From Treponema sp. (GTDB lineage Bacteria > Spirochaetota > Spirochaetia > Treponematales > Treponemataceae), in the NCBI RefSeq assembly GCF_017469785.1, contig NZ_JAFUFU010000008.1: DNA of 64,000 nt; one strand, written 5' to 3'. This document shows, in pieces, positions 1 to 7,797 of this stretch. The stretch's first letter is position 1, and each line of letters starts with the position of its first letter. The notes below the pieces were generated by a model. It did not search any database, was not told where the DNA came from, and was given only the letters and a program-made list of their open reading frames with translations. A program made the position numbers and the translations under genes.

Positions 1-501
1 AACGGAGAGCCAAAAGATGTCCTCGACGGAAATGGATCATCTGACTCAACGCTAAAAATGTATGTGCAAGTCCCTGTCACAATCAAGAATCTTAAGATTA
101 CCGGAGGAAGTGGACGTCCAAATAGTACAAACACTCGTGGAGGCGGAATCTATATCGATGGTGGCAAAACTCTTTCGCTTGGTGACGGAGCTTTGGTAAC
201 AGGCAATACTGCGGCTGAAGGCGGAGGAATTTACAATGCCGGATATCTTTACCTTTATGGAAGCAGCTGGTATATACCCACTGTTGCAGAACTTTGCATG
301 CTTTACCGTGCCGTAAAAGTAGAATCTTCTTTGATAAATGCAGCGCTTGAGGCTCTAGATGGAAGTCGATTTAACACTGCAACATATTTTTCGTCTAGTC
401 AGGGTGATTCTGTAACATACTGGAGAGTGAAGTTCGACGGCTATTTGGGCACGCTGTTCAGGGACGCCGATGCTTCGGTTTGCGCAGTTCGCGCTTTTTA
501 A
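1..501 (+). CDS. 3' part of a surface/secreted repeat protein (beta-helix-type GGGIY repeats plus a DUF1566/Lcl-C-like C-terminal domain). The 5' end lies outside the window.
   Basis: Frame 1 is open from nt 1 to the TAA at 499-501. The repeats GGGIYIDGG and EGGGIYNAG are followed by WYIPTVAEL...YWRVKFDGY...CAVRAF, the usual DUF1566 signature. Confidence 0.6.
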   Translation, partial: NGEPKDVLDGNGSSDSTLKMYVQVPVTIKNLKITGGSGRPNSTNTRGGGIYIDGGKTLSLGDGALVTGNTAAEGGGIYNAGYLYLYGSSWYIPTVAELCMLYRAVKVESSLINAALEALDGSRFNTATYFSSSQGDSVTYWRVKFDGYLGTLFRDADASVCAVRAF

Positions 502-525
502 CAAGGGAGCGGCCGCAAGCGACAG

Positions 526-553
526 TTGACAAATCAGCGGAATGTGATATAGT
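526..553 (+). promoter_or_regulatory. Near-consensus sigma70 promoter (TTGACA, 16 nt, TGaTATAGT) for sRNA candidate 1
   Basis: TTGACA is at 526-531 and TATAGT at 548-553, preceded by TG. It is embedded in the 20-nt box GCAAGCGACAGTTGACAAAT, which recurs at 740-759. Confidence 0.6.
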
Positions 554-559
554 AAATAA

Positions 560-654
560 AAGGAAGTGCACCACGACAGCGTGGCTGAACCTCCGTTTAG
601 CTTTTATTGGAAAAGCCTGCGCGGAAATTACAGGTTGCGTAGGCTTTCTTTTTA
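560..654 (+). ncRNA. Candidate small RNA 1 (about 95 nt, unknown family)
   Basis: The unit starts about 7 nt after the -10 box. It ends in the hairpin AAAGCCTGCGC(612-622)/GCGTAGGCTTT(637-647) followed by a T-run at 648-654. It is homologous to the unit at 785-870. Confidence 0.45.
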
Positions 655-750
655 TCTACTCACTTTTATCGTCTTTTTTGTCGGGAGCCTTGCATACAGC
701 AAAGACAAACGATGCAAGAGTGTCAATCCGAGAGTTCCAGCAAGCGACAG

Positions 751-778
751 TTGACAAATTAATAGAATATGATATAGT
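751..778 (+). promoter_or_regulatory. Near-consensus sigma70 promoter for sRNA candidate 2
   Basis: TTGACA at 751-756, a 16-nt spacer, and TGaTATAGT with TATAGT at 773-778. The geometry matches 526-553. Confidence 0.6.
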
Positions 779-784
779 AAAAGA

Positions 785-870
785 AAAGGGAACACCGCAC
801 TTAGTGGCTGTCTCCTTTAAGCAATGGTGAAAAGCCTACTCAGAGTTGCAGCCGGGTAGGCTTTATTTTT
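785..870 (+). ncRNA. Candidate small RNA 2 (about 86 nt, paralogue of 560-654)
   Basis: Hairpin AAAGCCTAC(831-839)/GTAGGCTTT(856-864) followed by ATTTTT. The body shares CACC..GTGGCTG..CTCC..TTA/TAGC with unit 1. Confidence 0.45.
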
Positions 871-1047
871 GCCCTACAAGAAATTCTTGAAGAGAGCGAG
901 TGCATCTATAAGCAAAGTAACAAGGGCAATGACAAGGAATCTAGCACGGAATGACTGCCATGCAAGGAGATTCCGAATCAAAACGACCGCAATAAGGCAA
1001 GCGGTCGAGTCCGGGGTGACGAGGGGGCGGGGTAATGTCAGTTCCTT

Positions 1048-1971
1048 TTATGCAGTTTTCAGCAGTTTGTCTATTACAATGTAGACATCCTCGATTCGCA
1101 GCTTGAGTTTCTTTTCTATCATTTGGATGATAAAGGCTTTCAGGTCTTCGCTGATTTGGGTAAGTTCTTTGCCCAAGGGAACATCCACCGTCATGATGAA
1201 TGTGTAGCCGTTCTTTTCGTTTTTGACCGTGAGTTTTTTGATTCGGACTTGTGAATTGAATTCCCCGATAAAGCTCATGGTCATCTGTGCCAGAACTGCG
1301 TGAGAGACATCCTTGCGCTCTGCCTGTGAGAAAGCGGGGCGAACCAGAGATTTTTCGAAGAGTTTGGTGTTCTGGGATGGCGAGTCTGAGATTGATTTTC
1401 CTAAGAATTTTGACAGCAGCTTGAAAAGGAATTTGTTCTTGGCCGTAGAAACCCTGATTGAGTCGTAGAAAATCTTTGAGTAAGACTGATTTTTGACCTC
1501 GTAGGCTCGGACAGGAATTACATGCTTTCCTTCGATTTGCCGGCTGCGGCGGGCTTCTTCCATTTGCTCAGGCGTGGAAATTTCTTCGATGCGGATGTAT
1601 TTTTCGGGCAGGGGAAGCTGCAAGCGGACGGCGATTTTATTTACCATCTTTTCGCTGGTGCCTAAGATGAGGATTTTTTTGATTCTGTTTTTTTGGATAG
1701 CGCGCGCAACTGAATCCCGGTGCTCTTTGTCGTCAAAAAGGGCTGTGCGGACGGCTCCCATGTAGTTTTTCTCAAGTTTAGCTGACTTTCCGGCCAAAAT
1801 TTCATCATCCTGGATAAGAAGACCGTCATCGATGATAGCCTTGATTCCATATTGCTGGGCGACTAGCTTTGCCCTGAAACTTTTGCCTGTGCCGCTGGGG
1901 CCGTGAAAAGCGAAGACAGTCGTTCCCTTTTTTTCTAGCCCGAACATTTCCTTGAGAGATTCCAGATTCAT
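1048..1971 (-). CDS. P-loop NTPase with an Asp23/Gls24-like C-terminal region
   Basis: Walker A GPSGTGKS lies near the N-terminus. By eye, the last ~100 aa (VSHAVLAQMTMSFIGEF...VKNEKNGYTFIMTVDVPLGKELTQISEDLKAF) resemble alkaline-shock-protein 23 family domains. Confidence 0.55.
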   Translation of the reverse strand: MNLESLKEMFGLEKKGTTVFAFHGPSGTGKSFRAKLVAQQYGIKAIIDDGLLIQDDEILAGKSAKLEKNYMGAVRTALFDDKEHRDSVARAIQKNRIKKILILGTSEKMVNKIAVRLQLPLPEKYIRIEEISTPEQMEEARRSRQIEGKHVIPVRAYEVKNQSYSKIFYDSIRVSTAKNKFLFKLLSKFLGKSISDSPSQNTKLFEKSLVRPAFSQAERKDVSHAVLAQMTMSFIGEFNSQVRIKKLTVKNEKNGYTFIMTVDVPLGKELTQISEDLKAFIIQMIEKKLKLRIEDVYIVIDKLLKTA

Positions 1972-2032
1972 ATTTTCAGTGTAATTTAATTATAAGGCGA
2001 TAATTTGAATTTTTCAATGATGGACGCGGATT

Positions 2033-3025
2033 TTATATGGAGTTTAAAATATTTTCAAAAGCTTTTGGTAAGGGGGCGGAAATTTTCTCTGGTAAGTTCA
2101 GGGGGTTGTCCGGGGAAAAGTGGAGTTCTGAGGCGTGGAGGAAAAAATCCTGTCCCCATTTCTTTGAGTCGATTTTGCCGGAGCCGTAAGCCGTGTCGCC
2201 CAAGAGAGGAAAGCCGTGAAAGCCCGCCTGAGCGCGAATCTGATGAGTCCGACCGGTTTTTATGAGAACGCGAGCCAGGGTGATGTCTTTCCCCCAAAAA
2301 AGCCCGTGGGAAAGGGGGGTAACTTCCGTATGCGCCATTTTCCCCTCATCAGAATTCACCGAAACTGTATGAAATCTCCCGGAATCCTTTCTCCTTGTTC
2401 CTTGCTCATTGCTAATTTCTGATTTATCAATTTTCTCTTCCCAAATCTGATTTTCCGTGAGACTGCCTTCAAGAAGGGCCAGGTAGACTTTTTGAATCTC
2501 GTGGCTTTTAATCTTTTCGGAAAACCATTGCGCTCCCTGCAAATTCTGTGAAAAGGCGAGAAGACCCGTGGTTTTGCGGTCAAGGCGGTGGAGTGGGCCT
2601 GTCTTAAAGGAAAGTGAAGCCATTTCGTGGGTAGCCTGATATTCGTTCTGAACGGTTTCTGCCAGGGATTTGCCTTTAAAAGAGCTGGTCGGATGAACAG
2701 GAATATCGTAGGGCTTATTGAGAATGAGAAGGAAGTCATTTTTAAAGATGACGAGAGAATTCAGGCTGGAATCTTGGCATTCATTAGAATCAGGGGCTTT
2801 TTGAGATTGAGAATCGGACTTCAGCAGGATGTTCGCAATCGCTATGGAGCTGCCTTCGCTTACACGGAAATTCCCGTCGCATTTTTTGCCATCGACTTTT
2901 ATCAGGCCTTTGCGTAGTGATTTATATATGGAAGAAAGATTCTCTTCGCTTAAAAATCTGCGTAGGAGGCGGTCAAGGCGCCTGCCGGAATCATCCCTTC
3001 CAGCCTTAAAGTGCGTGAAATCCAT
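2033..3025 (-). CDS. RluA-family (RluC/RluD-type) pseudouridine synthase with an N-terminal S4 domain
   Basis: RLDRLLRRFL...LIKVDGKK is S4-like. HRLDRKTTGLLAF is the catalytic Asp motif. GRTHQIRAQ is also present. Confidence 0.85.
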   Translation of the reverse strand: MDFTHFKAGRDDSGRRLDRLLRRFLSEENLSSIYKSLRKGLIKVDGKKCDGNFRVSEGSSIAIANILLKSDSQSQKAPDSNECQDSSLNSLVIFKNDFLLILNKPYDIPVHPTSSFKGKSLAETVQNEYQATHEMASLSFKTGPLHRLDRKTTGLLAFSQNLQGAQWFSEKIKSHEIQKVYLALLEGSLTENQIWEEKIDKSEISNEQGTRRKDSGRFHTVSVNSDEGKMAHTEVTPLSHGLFWGKDITLARVLIKTGRTHQIRAQAGFHGFPLLGDTAYGSGKIDSKKWGQDFFLHASELHFSPDNPLNLPEKISAPLPKAFENILNSI

Positions 3026-3057
3026 AGAAAGAGTATATCATTTTGTATATATCCGCG

Positions 3058-6000
3058 TCAAAATTTAATCGTTCCGCCAATGCTTGCAGTCGCGCTTAAG
3101 GTGGCGCTTTTTCCCCAGTTCGCGTGATATCCTGCACCGATGCCTGTGTTGAGTGAGACATATTTTGAAAGCTGGGTCTCTGTTTCGTGGCTGTAAGCGA
3201 CGGTGTATTTCCGCGTGACTTTTCCGTTGGAAGAAGATGGAGAAGCCGAGTTTATCGAGATATTTACGCTGTCTGTTTTGGTGATCTTTGTTATTTTCGT
3301 TATGATTTCCTCATTGAAGATTCCGGCAATGCCTTTTGCAAGAGATGAATCGGACTTCCTCTTCCAGACAAGGGTGTATTTTGCCTTCCAGTCCTCTTTC
3401 CCCTCTGCGCTCCCCTCGATTCCGTTTTTGATGTAATTGCCGGACGAAAAATAATAGGAAGCCTGAATGTAGCCTGAGACGAGGAAAGTGTAATTTGATG
3501 GTTCTCCGCGAGGAATTTTTACCGCTGCGCTCATGGACGAGGCGTATTCATCGCTTTCAAAGATTTTGAAGAGGGCGAGCGTTCCCCTTCGTCCGAAAAT
3601 GTTCAAGGCAGTGTAGTTCACTGTGTTTTTAATCTGGTAGAAGTCACTGGTGTTGCTTCCTGTGCGAATGTCCCGGCTTGCCTCAAGTTTTGCGCTTTGG
3701 GGAATGAAAAAGTCGTAGCTGTTGGCAAAAAAAGCGCGCTTCCATGTGAATGCATAGGCTCCGGTGTAGAAATTGGAATCCTGATCCGTGGCCATAACTT
3801 CTTTTGAAAGACTGGAGCTTGCCAAATCATAAACCGGAAGGGCTTTCAGAAAATATGATTTTTCATTCAGCCGCTTTGAGAGATTTTCGCAATCCTGTCC
3901 GTAGCCGCCGCCTTTTTCAGTTTCTGCCGTGCTTCCCGCGCTTTTTTTCCATGAGAAGGCAAAGTTGTTTTTTTGGAGCGAAAAGGGGACTTCAATGCCG
4001 GCTTTTGATGAATCTGTAAAGGTAACTTTTGAGGCGGATTTGTAGTTTCCCTCGCTTTCAAAGAAAATTGCGGGCTTGAGCTTTGCAGTCTCAAAGGAAC
4101 AGGTCACTTTGCCCTCTGTGCCGACCGTGCGTTTTGAGGCTTTTTCGTCTCCCGTATCGAAACTTAGGTTCGTGATTTCTATCCATGATGAGGCGTAGTT
4201 TTCGGTCTTGAATTTTTCTTTTCCCGCTTGGGAAGAGGATGCCGCGGAATCAGTGAGGATTTTTTGTCCTGCTTTCGCTTTTGCGCTGATTGAGAAGGGG
4301 CCGATTTTTGCTTCTGAAGAGGTTTTTGTCTCTTGGCTCAGACTCCATGAGTCGCTTCCGGCCTTTGTCTCTGCCTGAATCGAGACGGGAATGTTCAAGG
4401 CGGAGAAATCGATTTTCGCGCTGTTTGCCTTTTCCAGGGAGCCGTCTGACGCGCTGTAGGAATAATTTTCTGAAAGCGAAAGAATCGAGAAAAGGGGCCT
4501 TTCCGTCTCGATTGAGTGACCGGCTGAGGACAGGGCGTTTTTCTGGGTAGAGTCGCTGGCTTTTTCCTGCTTGAAGGCGTTTGAAAGGCTTGCGCTGGTG
4601 CTGATTTTCAGCTTTGTAAGGGTAAAGCCGAGGCTTCCTGTCGTCTGTAGCGTGTTTCCCTTGATTCCTTCATGATTCGTTTGGATTGATGTGGCTCCGT
4701 TTCCCGTGGCCGAGACTGAGAGGTTTTTCAGGATTTCATGGTTCTTAGTCTTCAGAACCGGGCCTGTGATTTTGTAATCCGCCCGGGCTGTATCCTGCAT
4801 TACGATGAAGGGCGTGTTCCCGCTTAAATAAAGCTCGTCGAATAAAAGACTGCCGCTTTTTTTTGTGTCAATGAGAATTACCAGCCTTGTGGGAAGGATG
4901 TCCCTGTCGAGGTAGGTGAGCATTGAATCACTTCCGCCGGTCAGGTCAATTGTGTATTCCTGCCAGCTTTCAGAGAGCTTTTCGTCTGGAATCCTGTAGA
5001 CGATGGCAGTCTCTTCTTTTCCGTTTGATTTTGGCCTCAGCAATTTGACTGTGACGCTTCTCTCTGAATCAGATTCACCGGACTTATTTTTATATTTCAT
5101 GAAGAAGGAAAGTTTTTTGTATTCTGACAAATCGACTTCCTGGAATGTGCGCGAGAAATTGATTTCTGCCTTTTCATCTGTGTCGGAAGAAAATTCCCAT
5201 TCAAAATTCTGCACCCTGTTGCTTGAGTTCCTGTTGAATTTCTTTATTTTTGATGAAGAAAGGCTTGGATCCGTGCTTTGGAAATTCGTTCCCGTGACTT
5301 CTTCTGAATCGCAGGAAAATGTGAAGGTGAGTTCTCCTGTCTCGTAGGGACCTATAAGAATCGTTCCGCTTGATGGAAGGGAAGAGGGGGCGCTTGATGT
5401 GAGGATGAGTCGGACATTCGTGTCGCCAAGGTATGAGATTTTGCTCCTGTCTTCATCTGAAAGCCTTACCGTGACGGTCTGCCAGGCGGATTCTGTAAAG
5501 TCGAAGGCTGATTTCACCTGATTGGCAGTGCTGTCAGAAATCTTCCATGTGGGGATTTTATCGGATTCTTCAACGGAAAAGTCATCGTCTGCCGAAACTC
5601 CCAGCTGTAGATAGAGGGCGCACTTATCACTGTTGAAAGTTTCGTCCGCCGCAGGATTTTTTATTGCGATTGAGAATGTGCCGGAGGAGGCCAATGTGGA
5701 AGAAAGACCTGGCGTGTAAATGGACAGGGCTGCCCAAGCCTGATCCTCCCCGCTCCCAGCAGTGATTCCTGAAAAATCCCAGTCAAGAGGAACAGCATAG
5801 CCTGAAATTTCTGAATCAGTGGAGCCGTCAGAAGCGTCAAGTGTTCCGTTTTTTTGTGATTTCAACTCGGTTGATTCGGTTGAAGTGATGTCAGAGGATG
5901 ATTTTTCATTTAATGTGGGGGCAAATCCGGAGGGCAAATCAATTCCTGCTTTTTTTGACAGATAGTAGGTTTCGCCGTCACTGTCGTCGTTTCCGAGAAT

Positions 6001-7797
6001 CCTGTAAAATCCCGTGGTGTTTGTGTTTTCATAGCTTGAGGCCATGGTGTTGCTGGCGGAAAAAAATTCTCCGCTGTAGCTCACCCTGCTTGCTGCTGTG
6101 GCAAAACCTGTCGAGAAGTAGGTAGAGTCCGCAAATTCCCTCTCCGGAGAATGGCTCCATCTGACTGAGGCTGAGATGTCGGCAGAAACTTTGTCCGTAA
6201 AATCGTATTTGAGGCCGCCTGCCGCCGCCACCGCTCCCGATTCGCTGTCTTCGCTTTCTTCATACCATCTTGCCGTAATATGGTCTGAATTGGCAATGGC
6301 GTCAGAGAGGGTAATTGTGCCTGACTCGCTGTCATAGGCGGCCGTCGGGTCGATTATCCCGTTTTTGTAGACTGTAATTGTTCCAGCCACCGCATCTGTT
6401 CCGATTTCAAGGCGGTTTACCGGCGTAAAAGAGCGGACCTGAAGGCACAAGTCTTCATTTTCACCTGTTCTAAGATAAATTTTGGGGTGTTCCCATGCCA
6501 GTGGAAATGATGAGTGAATCAATTTCTCTGTCTCGTCCGTAGTTTCCTCATCGTCTGAAAGTGAAATGTCTGCATAAAGGTGGTTCGGATAGAAGAAATC
6601 AGTGCTTGCGAAAGAGAGATTGTCCTCGTCAATGAGAGCCGAATAGCTTGAGTCTGCTTTTCCCGTGCTGGAATATGCAATCTGGGCATCGCTGGCCGAA
6701 GATGAGCCGCAGTCATAACGGCTGGCCACCGCGAAGGGTGAGAAGCCCGATGGATGCTGCAGAAAAAGACAGTCCTCTCCGTCAATCGAATGGTAGGGCT
6801 CCCCGATTGATTTTCCTGCCAGTCCTGAATCTCCGGCCGTCTCAACGAACATGGCGTAAAAATAATTCTCAATCTTCACATTCTCGCTTTGTCCGAACCA
6901 GTCCTTGAGCTTTGAGAAAAATGGTTCAAAATCACTTTTGCTTACAGCTGAATAAAAAGTGACGGCAACTGCAGGCAGGACTCCGCCCTGACGGTAGGCC
7001 TTTGCGTCCTTTGAGAGCAAAATCTGTTTCTGGCTTGAAAGGAGCAGATACTGGCTCTCATCGAGTTTTTTGTATTTCCGGCCTTTAGTGTCCCGGTAAG
7101 AGCCGGAAGAACTTTCCACATACACGGCCTTAACCTTCTGGATGAGCGAGGCTTTTGGAAGGATGTACTGGCTTCCCGTGTTGTAGGCTGAAAGGGAGAT
7201 TTCCTTTATGCTCACGGCGTTTTTCCCGTACCATGTTTTTTCGTGGGCTTCAAGCAGGTCATAGCGAAGGACTGCATCGGCCTGCCAGTTATATCCCTTC
7301 CAGCTGGCGGAAATCCCAGGAGCCTGATTCTCGCCGCCTCCGATTCCCCGGTTTACGTCGTCAACGGAATATATTGAAGGAAAGAGAATTTTTCTGTTTG
7401 AAATCCTCAGTGATTTCAGGTATCCTTCTCCGATATAGCCTGCCGCTAGGGTGTTTTTCGTGAATTCGTCGGAAAATGCGGCCTCAAAATACCAGTGATG
7501 GTTCAGCATGAAATAAAGGGAGAGGTCCACATTCTGCGCGAATACCGGCGAGGTCGTTGAAAGCGTCGGTGTCGTTCCGAAGCCGAAAGAATAGGTCATG
7601 CCGCCTGTAACCGTGCTTTTCCAATAGCCCTCTGCAAAGAATTCCACATTCTGCTCTCCGAAATCATGGTTGAAAAGAGAGACGAATTTTCCCGAGTCCG
7701 AAAGGGGAAGCCTTGAAGTGTCAAAGACGATTCCTGCCGCACCATCCGCTTCTTTTTCTGTCGATGAGCTTCTTTTTTCACTTGCGGAAAGATTCTC
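3058..7797 (-). other. Giant Ser/Thr-rich secreted module ending in a beta-barrel-like C-terminus
   Basis: The last ~400 aa alternate hydrophobic and polar residues, and the protein ends ...SATASIGGTIKF. A terminal Phe is the classical OMP C-terminal signature. Confidence 0.5.

Noticed and set aside
480-830. The ORFs 480-830 (116 aa) and 566-754 (62 aa, with a hydrophobic stretch) as possible small proteins or a type I toxin.
   Set aside because: Both read straight across a promoter, a terminator hairpin and the second promoter. Neither is conserved between the two repeat units. The RNA interpretation explains the conserved elements better.
300-1047. A diversity-generating retroelement. The DUF1566/C-type-lectin-like tail of the first gene is a known DGR target fold, so I looked for a template repeat downstream.
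   Set aside because: No segment in 502-1047, or elsewhere in the window, resembles the 3' coding region at 350-498, and no reverse transcriptase gene is present. The upstream part of the locus lies outside the window and cannot be excluded.
869-1084. A 71-aa basic ORF, or an ncRNA, in the 177-nt gap between sRNA unit 2 and the P-loop gene.
   Set aside because: It has a TTG start inside a terminator T-run and overlaps the convergent gene's 3' end. I could recognise no motif, promoter or structure. It is left unannotated.
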